A stretch of DNA of 64,000 nt, taken from Podarcis erhardii. Taxonomy: Eukaryota. Positions 1 through 10,536 of this stretch are shown in pieces. The stretch is from the NCBI GenBank assembly GCA_964252035.1, contig OZ176201.1. The stretch is one strand, 5' to 3'. Position 1 is the first letter of the stretch. Every line of letters starts with the position of its first letter. Under the pieces are notes generated by a model that was given only the letters and a program-made list of their open reading frames with translations, was not told the DNA's origin and did no database searches. The translations under genes and the position numbers were made by a program.

Positions 1-202
1 TCTGAATGATCACATACTCATCACCCAGCCGTCTAGACATCAAGTGACTTCATTTGCAGCTCTTGCAGGGTCAAATGAATCATATAGCATGTAATAATTT
101 CATGGCCATTGTCTTGCAAGCAGTAGGTATTGCTTAGAGATAGACATATTTAATACAGCAAATAACTGAATCCACTGCCTTTGTTCCTTGACTGGTAGCA
201 TG

Positions 203-412
203 TGGGGACATAGGAACCTACAGTATCTTGTACCTAATCAGACTACCGGTATTTGTTTATCTAGTCCAGTATTCTTGGATTTGGCTGGCAGCAGCTCTCC
301 AGCCTCTCAGAAAGAGAAAGGTCTTCCAAATCATTTGCTACCTGATCCTTTAAACTGGAGATGCTGTGGACCTTATGCATACAAAGCAGCACAACCGCTG
401 AGCTCCTGACCC
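203..412 (-). mobile_element. Degraded tRNA-derived SINE (Squam2-like)
   Basis: Minus strand has a tRNA-like head (AGCTCAGCGG...GCTTTGTATGCATAAGGTCC), body CTGGAGAGCTGCTGCCAG and tail TTCCTATG; family assigned from recalled consensus. Confidence 0.55.
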
Positions 413-535
413 TTCTGAAGCTGGGAACTTTTAAGTGATTTTTGCCATTAGCCAAACAGAAAGTTAATCTGTTCTGGATAAATTTATTAAACAAAAGGAA
501 TAGAATTAACAATATATTAACAATTAACAATTAAC

Positions 536-2249
536 ACCTGCCTCCTTGATCCGTGCCCATCTTGGCTGATTAGGGACCCCCCTGGTTGAAATTATCAATT
601 TGTCTCTTGACACGGGGACATTCCCAGGGGAACTGAAGGAAGCAGTAGTGTGTCCACTCTTAAAGAAAACTTCATTAGATCTCTTAGATCTATCCAATTA
701 CCGCCCAGTTTCAAATCTTCCATATCTGGGTAAGGTAATTGAGAGAGCGGTTGCTGAACAGCTTGGTACGTTTCTGGAGGAAACATCGGCTTTAGATCCA
801 TTTCAGTCCGGTTTCCGTCCTGGTTTTGGGACCGAGATGGCTCTGGTTGCCCTAACAGATGATCTCCGTAGACAACTGGATCGAGGCAGGTCAGGACTGC
901 TGATCCTTTTAGATTTGTCAGCAGCCTTTGACATGGTCAATCATGATCTTCTGGACCACCGCCTCGCAGACGTGGGGATACAGGGCATAGCCCGTAACTG
1001 GCTGTGCTCTTTTATCTCTGGTCGGGGACAGAGGGTGGCACTAGGGAGGGAAATGTCGTCGCACCATTCCTTGGTGTGTGGAGTGCCGCAGGGCGCAATT
1101 CTCTCCCCAATGCTTTTTAACATCTTTATGCGCCCCCTTGCCCAGATTATCCGGAGCTTTGGGCTGGGCTGTTACCAATTTGCTGATGACACTCAGCTCT
1201 ATCTGCTGATGGATGGCCACACTGACTTGGCCCTGAACACACTGACCAGATGCTTGGAAGCTGTGGCTGGATGGTTTCGTGGGAGCCGACTGAAACTAAA
1301 TCCTTCGAAGACAGAGGTCCTATGGCTGGGTCGGGATGGCATGGGGATGAGGGACCAACTCCCTTCTCTTGCGGGGGCCCAATTAGTGCCATTGCCTTCC
1401 ATTAAGAGTTTGGGTGTAATCCTTGACGCCTCCCTTTCCATGGAGGCGCAAGTTACAGCAACAGCCAAGGCGACATTTTTCCACCTTCGCCGCATCAAGC
1501 AGTTGGTCCCTTACCTTTCCCACCCCGACCTGGCCACAGTGATCCATGCAACGGTCATCTCCAGGCTTGACTACTGTAATTTGCTCTACGCGGGGCTGCC
1601 CTTGAAGCTGACCCAGAAACTCCAGCAGGTGCAGAATGCTGCAGCGAGGCTCCTCACGGGGTCTCTGCCATGGGAGCATATTCACCCAGTGCTTTTCAAA
1701 CTGCACTGGCTCCCAGTAGAGTACAGGGTCAGATTTAAGGTGCTGCTTTTGACCTTTAAAGCCCTTCACGGCCTAGGACCCTCGTACCTACGGGACCGCC
1801 TCTCCCGGTATGCCCCACGGAGAGCCTCAAGGTCCATAAATAGCAACACCCTAGTGGTCCCGGGCCCTAAGGAAGTTAGATTGGCTTCAACCAGAGCCAG
1901 GGCCTTTTCAACTCTGGCTCCGGCCTGGTGGAACGCTCTGCCTCATGAGGCCAGGGCCCTGCAGGATCTGATTTCTTTCCGCAGGGCCTGTAAGACAGAG
2001 TTGTTCCACCTGGCCTTTGGCTTGGAGCCAATTTGATTCCCTCCCTCTCTTTCTTTTTTCCTTTCCTTCTCCTCCTGCGACGAGGCTACATTTTAATATT
2101 TTAATGTCTCAATATTTTAATGTATTTTAATTTTGTTTTTAAGTTGTAATCATTCAACTTGTTTTTATTATTGCTTGTAAGCCGCTCTGAGCCCGGCCTT
2201 GGCTGGGGAGGGCGGGGTATAAATTAAAATTAATAATAATAATAATAAT
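536..2249 (+). mobile_element. 5'-truncated L2-clade LINE with 3' UTR and (TAA)n tail
   Basis: RT ORF 600-2036; upstream TCLLDPCPSWL in another frame from 536; pyrimidine/T-rich 3' UTR; end GCCGCTCTGAGCCCGG...GGGCGGGGTATAAAT followed by (TAA)n. No TSD seen. Confidence 0.9.
600..2036 (+). CDS. L2 reverse transcriptase ORF2 remnant (478 codons, no endonuclease domain)
   Basis: Motifs PLLKK, NYRPVSNLPYLGKVIE, QSGFR, LLDLSAAFD, GVPQGAILSPMLF, FADD, LNPSKTE, SRLDYCN, LHWLP. Starts at TTG, not a real start; probably not expressed. Confidence 0.85.
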   Translation: MSLDTGTFPGELKEAVVCPLLKKTSLDLLDLSNYRPVSNLPYLGKVIERAVAEQLGTFLEETSALDPFQSGFRPGFGTEMALVALTDDLRRQLDRGRSGLLILLDLSAAFDMVNHDLLDHRLADVGIQGIARNWLCSFISGRGQRVALGREMSSHHSLVCGVPQGAILSPMLFNIFMRPLAQIIRSFGLGCYQFADDTQLYLLMDGHTDLALNTLTRCLEAVAGWFRGSRLKLNPSKTEVLWLGRDGMGMRDQLPSLAGAQLVPLPSIKSLGVILDASLSMEAQVTATAKATFFHLRRIKQLVPYLSHPDLATVIHATVISRLDYCNLLYAGLPLKLTQKLQQVQNAAARLLTGSLPWEHIHPVLFKLHWLPVEYRVRFKVLLLTFKALHGLGPSYLRDRLSRYAPRRASRSINSNTLVVPGPKEVRLASTRARAFSTLAPAWWNALPHEARALQDLISFRRACKTELFHLAFGLEPI

Positions 2250-2290
2250 GTTTATGTGCTGCTTAATATGTGAGATCCCTAAACAGTTTC

Positions 2291-2516
2291 CAGTGGTACC
2301 TTGGGTTACATATGCTTCAGGTTACAGACTCTGCTAACCCAGAAATAGTACCTCGGGTTAAGAACTTTGCTTCAGGATGAGAACAGAAATCGTGCTCCGG
2401 TGGCGCAGCAGCAGCAGGAGGCCCCATTAGCTAAAGTGGTGCTTCAGGTTAAGAACAGTTTCAGGTTAAGAACGGACCTCCGGAACAAATTAAGTACTTA
2501 ACCCGAGGTACCACTG
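2291..2516. mobile_element. Tc1/mariner-type MITE, family A (226 bp)
   Basis: TIRs CAGTGGTACCTTGGGTTA / TAACCCGAGGTACCACTG; TA on the right flank; about 95% identical to 6703-6928 (11 mismatches counted). Confidence 0.85.
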
Positions 2517-2574
2517 TACATTAAATACAATAAAATCATTTTAAAAAGGAATGGGAAATCTTAATAATAAAAGT

Positions 2575-2754
2575 AACAACAACAACAACAACTTTATTAT
2601 TTCTACCCTGCCCATCTAGCTGGGGTTCCCCAGCCACTCTGGGTGACTTCCAGCACATATAAATACACAATAAGATGTCAAACATTGAAAACCTCCTGGC
2701 ACAGGGCTGCTTTTAGATGTCTTATCAAAGTTGTGTAGTTCTTTATCCCCTTGA
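2575..2754 (-). mobile_element. 3' end fragment of an L2-type LINE
   Basis: Minus strand ...CACCCAGAGTGGCTGGGGAACCCCAGCTAGATGGGCAGGGTAGAAATAATAAA then (GTT)n tail. Confidence 0.65.
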
Positions 2755-3425
2755 ATAATTATTATTATTTTACTATATAAAGCATTATGATCAGGAATAC
2801 AAAGAAGTACATTGATTGAAAGGAGAATCCATCAAAACATTCAGCAAAACAGAGCCCTCAATGACTCTTACGAGCCTGGAAAATTCTGCCTAAACAAATA
2901 GGTCAGGGAGTGTTAAAGTTTGCCACTGTTTGTAAATGTGGGTATATAAATTTATCCACATATTTAATGATTGGAAAAATATCAACAAAACCAAACAACC
3001 AAAGCATTATTTGGACCTTACAGTTTAACAGGTCTGTGACCGTGTAATAAATGATTGATAGATAGATAGATGTCACGGTTGTACGTAAGACCAGTGTGTG
3101 AGCAGGCCTGTGCCAAGAAGCCCTCACATACAGTGAGAATGTCTGCCTTCACAGAATGCCCATATGGGGAGCGGGGAGACTATGTGCAGCTCTGTACTTA
3201 CAGCGGTCTTACATGTGAGTATAACTTCTGAATAGGGCACAGCTCTCTGCTCTAATGGTACTATATTCATACACATTTTGCATGCTGACATTTACAGTTA
3301 TCGCTGGTTTAAGAAACGACTCTGCTATGTAGTATTCATCCAAAATGAATTGGGTGAAGCCAGGTGGAAGTTGTCCTTTGGAAGATCTATTCATAGGAGA
3401 AACACATCCAAACACTTACTGCATC

Positions 3426-3472
<47 letters not shown>
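3426..3472. repeat. (GATA)n microsatellite, about 12 units
   Basis: Perfect AGAT tandem array. Confidence 0.97.
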
Positions 3473-3487
3473 ATATTATAACAACAA

Positions 3488-3647
3488 GGAGAGTTTGGTC
3501 GGTTAGAGCTTGGTCCTGATAATGTCAAGGTTGCAGGTTCGCTCCCCATTCCCCATACTGGACAGCTCCATATTCCTGCATTGCATGGGGTTGGACTACT
3601 AGATGATCCTCAGGGTCCCTTCCAACTCTGCAATTCTATAATTCTAT
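3488..3647 (+). mobile_element. tRNA-derived SINE with CR1-type tail (Squam3-like)
   Basis: GGTTAGAGC...AAGGTTGCAGGTTCG head; ATTCCTGCATTGC...GGTTGGAC..TAGATGATCCTCAGGGTCCCTTCCAACTCT; (ATTCTAT) tail. Confidence 0.75.
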
Positions 3648-4202
3648 AAATATCCCATTTCTGTCTTCTGCAAATCCTGCTCAAAAAGGACCTCCCACTT
3701 TCTGCTCCACTCTCCAAGTACACAGCTATACAGATGTTAACAATAACTGGTAGACAGTGGGGGCTGGTCCACTAGGGAGAATGGGTCACTGTCCCATCAA
3801 CTTCAGTCTGCCATCAGCTAGCCCCCACTTGTCTGTCTCCTTACTTGCAACCAGTCCAAGGGTTGTTCACTGCTTGTCAGAGCTTGCTCTACCTTAGTCT
3901 CAGTGCTGGCCTTATAGAACTCGGCAAGTTGGCTCTGTCTGTTGATCTCCCTGCCTTCCACCCTACTGATCTCAATGGGCACCAGTCACTACTGCTGGGA
4001 AAAGGGCAGACCTTCTTTTGCATAAGAGACCACTTCATCTAAAAAGCTAGCCTTGCCTTCCATGGGAAGTCAACTTTTATGGACCCTACTGTATTAAAAG
4101 TATTCATTGCATAACCAAGACTGAGCTGATCGTATCTTATGGTACTGATGGAATATTTAAATACATTTCTTTTATGTCTTAGGAAACAGATAAAATCTCA
4201 TC

Positions 4203-4425
4203 ATGGGAGCTGTGGTGGTTGACGATGGTCCTAGCGGAGTTAAAGCCCCAGATGGCGGCTGGGGCTGGGCTGTTCTCTTTGGGTGCTTTGTCATCACGGG
4301 ATTCTCCTATGCCTTCCCAAAGGCCATGAGCGTCTTCTTTAAAGAGCTTATCCGGGAGTTTGGTGTTGGATACAGTGACACCGCGTGGATCTCCTCCATT
4401 CTGTTGGCTATGCTTTATGGAACAG
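4203..4425 (+). CDS. SLC16A3: MCT4 first coding exon (exon starts at 4183)
   Basis: [22 protein letters not shown]...MLYGT; donor CAG/GTAAGT at 4426. Confidence 0.96.
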
Positions 4426-7400
4426 GTAAGTGCTTACAACATTCTAAAACTGGGGTAATAAATACGTGAAAGAAACATATTACTCTATTTTATTTTATAT
4501 ATATTATAAAGCGTGGCTTTTACAATAAAATAGTTTGTTCCCCAAACCAAGAAAACAAGGGCATTAAAAATAAGCAAGTCTATAAAGGCAGCATTAAAAT
4601 ACACTAGTCGGAATAAAACAGACTGAAGGTGAAGGGACCCCTGACCATTAGGTCCAGTCGTGACCGACTCTGGGGTTACAGCGCTCATCTCGCTTTATTG
4701 GCCGAGGGAGCCAGCGTACAGCTTCTGGGTCATGTGGCCAGCATGACTAAGCCGCTTCTGGCGAACCAGAGCAGCGCACGGAAACACCGTCTACCTTCCC
4801 ACTAAAACGGTACCTATTTATCTGCTTACCCTTTGATGTGCTTTCAAACTGCTAGGTTGGCAGACTAGCACAAGTCAAAAAGTTCAAAATAGTAATAAGA
4901 TCTATTCCAGGTGCTGGGAAAACATCCATGTAGGTGCTAGGTTCTAATGCTGGGGTGCCACACTTGAAAAGGCTCCTTTCCTAGTGATCACCTGTCATGG
5001 CTCAGGTGGCAGCGGAACTGGAAAAGGCTCTCTGAATATGATCTAAAATAGAGTGGAGAACCTTTGGGGGCCAGATGGGACAACTTTGGCAGGTGGGTGT
5101 GATAACCCACATGGCACTCACCCTATGTCATGGGCAGTGAGTTCAAGCCTGCTTTCTGCAGGGGTCAGCCACATGATTAAATTCACCAAGGGGAACTTGG
5201 TTGCACAACAGATCCACTGGGCTTAAACTCACTGACAGGCTGGAACTCACATCGATCCATTGGGCTCGAACTCACACTGACCTACAGCAAAGGAACCATC
5301 AGGAGCTTGCTTTAAGCTCCCAATAGTTCCTTGGTAGTCATATTGGTACCTGCTCCATCCCTGGAATCACAAATGGTGCCAGGGGTGGGGCAGGTGGGTG
5401 TGGTTTATAATGGAAATGTTAAGGCTACCAATATCTGTACACATTAAAAAAAAGAAAGCTAACATTCTCAAGTATCCTCCAGATGTGTTGGGTAAGCACC
5501 AGCAATCTAGAGCCTTGGTCAAATGAAAAGGAGATGGAAAATGGAATCTGACGTCTTCAGACTCAAGGTCTTCAGACAACTGAATCTGGGTGGGCCTTAT
5601 GAGAAGAAATACAAACCGCAACTGATAGATATATTAATGATCTGGGAAGTTACAGAAACAAACATCTTACCCATTCTCTCTTTTGCTCAGGGCCCCTGTG
5701 CAGTATGTGTGTCAATCGGTTTGGTTGCCGTCCTGTTATGCTGGTCGGAGGCCTCTTTGCTTCATTGGGGATGATCACTGCTTCCTACTCCACTAATATA
5801 ATACAGGTCTACCTTACCGCTGGTGTCATTACCGGTAAGTGCCAGTGTCAAAGAACCAGCCAGTGGTTCTTTGTGACTGTGTTACATGTAGCTATGCTAC
5901 TGATTGCAATAGCTTGTGAGAGATGGTGAGACAATTGAGGGTGGGGGCATGTGGTACAGCATCTCTTTGATGTGCTTGTTTTGTATTTGTGGGGAGATGT
6001 GTATGATCCCTTAATGGCATTCTTAAATGGTACAGTTTCACATTGCATGCACTGGTGTAAAGTAGGTCTCTCATTCACAACGCCCTTTCTGTCTACCACT
6101 TCCTGACATTTTCTAAAGCACTCCTTTTACCATATTCCTTCTCTTTGTTGACTGGCCTCAGGCGTCTTCTCACTTCCTTGCAGTCAAACATCAGTTACCA
6201 TTCTTGGTTCCTCTGCCAGGTCAGTGAGGTGCCTTGCTCACAACTATCCACACGTAGCTGCAAGCGTGAGTCTGTTGCTGGTTGTAGGGCCCTTCCAAAC
6301 TGGATCTGTTTTTGCAGGTGGGTTCTGCAAGATTGCATCAATGCAGCAGTGTATTAGTGATGGATCTACAGTGGTGCCCCGCAAGACGAATGCCTCGCAA
6401 GACGGAAAACCCGCTAGACGAAAGGGTTTTCCGTTTTGGAGGCGCTTCGCAAAATGAATTTCCCTATGGGCTTGCTTCGCAAGACGAAAATGTCTTGCGA
6501 GTTCCTGCGGGTTTTTTCCCCCTTTCCCCCCCCCCTTTTCCTAAGCCCTAAGCCGCTTATCAGCGGATCAGCTAAAAGCCGCTAAACCGCTAATAGCGCT
6601 AATCCGCTAAGCTGTCAATGGGCTTGCTTCGCAAGATGAAAAAACCGCTATACGAAGAGCCTCACGGAACGGATTAATTTCGTCTTGCGAGGCACCACTG
6701 TACAGTGGTGCCTTGGGTTACATAAGCTTCAGATTACAGACTCCGCTAACCCAGAAATAGTACCTCGGGTTAAGAACTTTGCTTCAGGATGAGAACAGAA
6801 ATGGTGCTCCGGTGGTGCAACAGCAGCAGGAGGTCCCATTAGTTAAAGTGGTGCTTCAGGTTAAGAACAGTTTCAGGTTAAGAACGGACCTCTGGAACGA
6901 ATTAAGTACTTAACCCGAGGTACCACTGTATACTAGACTGTCCACACATCATTCTGTTTTATTTGTTGTTCAGCGACGATTCCCCAATGTTGCATTATTG
7001 TTGTCTGGAGCACTACCCTTGCACTATGGCGCAACAAGATGGGGGTGGGGGTGGGAAACATGGAACATTTGTTGTATGAAAAGATACAGAATTTCGGCGG
7101 GAAATTACAGAACATGCACTGATTGAAAATAAAGTGGTATGTCCGCCCTGAAATTTTGTTGGTGGAAACAGTATGGAAAGAGGGATTGTGTATAGGTGTC
7201 CCAACACCATCATGAACACAAATAATCATAAATGCATAATAAAAAGGATGGGGGGTGCCTTCATTCCCATAAGTGTATCTGTGATTGATAAGCATCAGGT
7301 ACAAAATGAAATCAAATGAGATCTCTCCTATATTTATGTGATTACTATGGTTCCTTTTTTTTGGGTGGGTTAGAAAACGGAATATTTCTTTCCCTTAAAA

Positions 7401-10400
7401 TAAGCACAAAGCAAGACTGGTTCTGTATGTGTGAAAAGAGCTAGGCCAGGTATGAGCAGGTTATAGTTTCCCATGCAGTGTTAAGCGTGTAAGGGCAAAA
7501 GAAGTAATTATAATTTAACAGTTTTCAAGTTACTCTATTTTATCAAAGCAACTAGAAAAAATATATATTATGATGGGAAGATCTCACACAGGTGAAGGAA
7601 AGCAGTGGGGAGGAGGGGAAGGTTAGGTTGAATTTGGGAAATAAAATAATACATGGGACAGCAAAGGATATAATAGATTCCTATAGAATAGTAATATATT
7701 GTAACCAGAATAGAAGTTTAAAAGGGGAAGTAAAGGTACTTTTAGTATTCATTATTGTAATAGTTATTATTATTTCTTATTGGTAGAAGGCAATGTTAAT
7801 TCAGACTTCTTTGTTTTGCTGTCTGTAATTTTTTTTCTTTTTTAAGCCGATAAAAAAGAAATCAAGATGCAGATTACCAGACTTGATCCAGGCGTTTCCA
7901 TGTTTCATGGAAATATAGACTGTAAAACCTTAAAATGTGCCGTTTTAAATTCCTTCCAAAGTTTCCCACTTCCCCAGCAGAGAAAAAGACCACACTTTTG
8001 GTAACTTAAAAATGTTTTACTTACAAACTCTCCAAAGGACAGCTTGATGTGCTTTTCCATACAGCATTCAGAAAAGTTGCACAGGTGGTAAAACTTAGCT
8101 TAGTCCCAAAGTGGTAAAAGTTCCTACATTCTTGGAATAGGAATTCAGGAGTACTTGGTGAGAGCCATGTGGTTGAGCTGGAACAACCAGCTCACATCTC
8201 TTTGGGGGTTCTCTAGTAGACTGAGGGGCAACAATAGGCTTGATTACCCATTTCCTTCCAAGATAAAGGAAGTGACCCAGCTAAGCCTGGCAGGATAGCT
8301 TACTCTATGGTATTAACCCTTTCATACATTAACTAGACTTAAGCATATTGGCTATATGAGGCTGGTTATATGAGGCTAGTCTTCCTGCACAGGTTTGGAC
8401 AAGAGCATGCAGCCCTTAAAGATATGCTGATGTCTTTGGCCATACCCTAAACCGTATCCTGGGCTATTTTTGTATCTTGAGCTGTGAATTGCTCACCTGC
8501 AGCGCCTACAGTATAGAGCACTCCTGTTATATATGCTGAATGTTGTTCCTGATTTAAACTCTGGCATCTGTTCTGTTTCAGGACTGGGCCTGGCGCTCAA
8601 TTTCCAGCCGTCGCTCATCATGCTGAATCGCTACTTTAGCAAAAAGCGACCTTTGGCCAATGGGTTGGCTGCAGCTGGAAGCCCTGTGTTTCTTTGTGCT
8701 CTTTCCCCCTTGGGGCAGCAACTACAGCATGAGTATGGATGGCGAGGAGGATTTCTCATCTTGGGGGGGTTGCTTTTGAACTGCTGTGTTTGTGGAGCTC
8801 TGATGAGACCGTTGGATGCTCCTAAAAAACCTGACGCTTCCCAAGCGGCCCCTGAGAAGCAAATCAAGAAAAAGCTACTGGATTTCAGTGTCTTCAGAGA
8901 TCGTGGCTTCGTAATCTATACAGTAGCTGCATCCATCATGGTGCTGGGCTTATTTGTGCCCCCGGTCTTTGTGGTGAGCTATGCTAAGGATATGAAGAAC
9001 CCGGACGGCAAATCAGCTTTACTTCTGACTATTCTTGGAATGATTGATATCTTTGCTCGGCCCATTTGTGGAATAGTGGCTGGCTTGAAGTGGGTTAGGC
9101 CCCGTTGTGTCTACCTCTTTAGCTTTTCTATGCTCTTTAATGGTTTTACTGATCTCATGGGGTCCATGGCCTACAATTATGATGGACTGGTGGTCTTCTG
9201 CATTTTCTTTGGCATTTCCTATGGAATGGTTGGTGCTCTTCAGTTTGAAGTTCTCATGGCTATTGTTGGCACACAGAAGTTTTCCAGTGCCATTGGTTTA
9301 GTTCTCCTGATGGAGGCGATGGCCGTTCTGATTGGACCACCTTCAGCAGGTAAATGTTACATTCAGTTCATTTGCTGTTTGTCAATTAAGGGATGGGGCA
9401 GGTTTATGGGGAAAGACAGAAAAGTGATGGCAATTACCATGGGATGCAATTTCTTTTATTTTGAGGCAATGAACAACAGGCTTAGTTTTGGGTGGCGCTG
9501 TGGTCTAAACCACAGAGTCTAGGGCTTGCCGATCAGAAGGTCGGCAGTTCGAATCCCCGCAACAGGGTGAGCTCCCGTTGTTCAGTCCTAGCTCCTGCCC
9601 ACCTAGCAGTTCAAAAGCACGTCAAAGTGCAAGTAGATAAATAGGTACCGCTCCGGTGGGAAGGTAAATGGCGTTTCCGTGTGCTGCTCTGGTTTGCCAT
9701 GCTGGCCACATGACCCGGAAGCTGTATGCCGGCTCCCTCAGCCAATAAAGTGAGATGAGCGCCGCAACCCCAGAGTCGGCCACAACTGGACCTAATGGTC
9801 AGGGGCCCCTTTACCTTTACCTTACAGATTTGTTGGCCCCATGGCTACGTTACGAACATAAGAAGAGCCTGCTAGATCAGACCAGTGACCCATCTAGTCT
9901 AGTGGCCTTCTTCTCACAGTGGCAACCAGATGGCTATTAGGAAACAGGACTTGAATACAACAACACTATCCACTCCTCTGGTTCTTGGCAACTGGTACTC
10001 AGAAACATGCTCAGAAGAACAAAGACATGTGCAAGAGCAGACTGAGGATCAGGGACAAGGTGGAGTGGTTGTGGTTACAGGCCAGCTTTGTCAATCAGCC
10101 AAGAAGTAGCGCACTCACATGTACCATACTGAAAGTTAAAAATAAAGAGCTATCAGAATTCATAGGGATTCTAAATTTATTGAAAATGTTTCTTCAAATT
10201 AAGAGAGTTGGGAACTTAGAGAATGGGTTTGATTGAACATGTTATTGATGAAGCTGTGAATTTTCTCTTCCAGGGAAAGTCTTGGACGCAACACACAAAT
10301 ATATGTATGTTTTTATTATGGCTGGCGTTGAAGTGGTCACTTCGGCTTTGGTGCTGGCTATAGGAAATGCCTTCTGTATTAAAAAACCAGCAGAAACACA

Positions 10401-10536
10401 CATACAAGAAGATGTCGCTGAAAGAGAAGAGTTAAACAAATCTGGAAACGCCAAGGTGGACTCTGTTGAAGTGGAACACTTTCTGAAAGACGAAAAGAAC
10501 GGGGAAGTTGTAACTAACCCAGAAACCTGTGTGTGA
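4203..10536 (+). CDS. SLC16A3: Monocarboxylate transporter 4 (MCT4), spliced CDS join(4203..4425,5691..5834,8582..9349,10274..10536), 465 aa
   Basis: 1398 nt in frame, all introns GT-AG phase 1. [17 protein letters not shown] and DATH motifs and C-terminal [13 protein letters not shown] match MCT4. An acceptor at 4181-4182 shows an upstream non-coding exon lies outside the window. Confidence 0.96.
4627..4863 (-). mobile_element. Sauria SINE (Squam1-like), 5'-truncated
   Basis: Reverse complement aligns to 9595-9824 at roughly 88% by eye; lacks the tRNA head. Confidence 0.9.
5691..5834 (+). CDS. SLC16A3: MCT4 second coding exon (144 nt)
   Basis: TTTTGCTCAG acceptor; [21 protein letters not shown]...VIT; donor G/GTAAGT. 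Confidence 0.96.
6369..6700. mobile_element. Tc1/mariner-type MITE, family B (332 bp)
   Basis: 22-bp TIRs CAGTGGTGCC(C/T)CGCAAGACGAA (21/22), TA on both sides, internal repeats of CGCAAGACGAA. Confidence 0.85.
6703..6928. mobile_element. Tc1/mariner-type MITE, family A (226 bp)
   Basis: TIRs as in 2291-2516; TA on both sides. Confidence 0.88.
8582..9349 (+). CDS. SLC16A3: MCT4 third coding exon (768 nt)
   Basis: TTTCAG acceptor; [19 protein letters not shown]...LIGPPSA; donor G/GTAAAT. Confidence 0.96.
9491..9824 (+). mobile_element. Sauria SINE (Squam1-like), near full length
   Basis: A-box-like TGGCGCTGTGGT, B-box-like GTTCGAATCC, body GATAAATAGGTACCG, (TTTACC)n tail; about 17-nt internal deletion relative to the other copies. 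Confidence 0.92.
10274..10536 (+). CDS. SLC16A3: MCT4 last coding exon
   Basis: TTTTCTCTTCCAG acceptor; [14 protein letters not shown]...PETCV; TGA at 10534-10536. Confidence 0.96.

Noticed and set aside
941-1769. Several 60-128 aa ORFs overlapping the L2 RT
   Set aside because: Alternative-frame and antisense shadows of the L2 ORF, with no recognisable domains.
4463-4515. HIF-type cores TACGTG (4463-4468) and GCGTG (4511-4515) in an SLC16A3 intron
   Set aside because: MCT4 is a known HIF-1 target, but 5-6 bp cores occur by chance; no support without conservation or ChIP data.
8533-9522. 329-aa ORF read as a single-exon gene
   Set aside because: It is the 768-nt MCT4 exon plus open intronic flanks; splice sites at 8581 and 9350 explain it.
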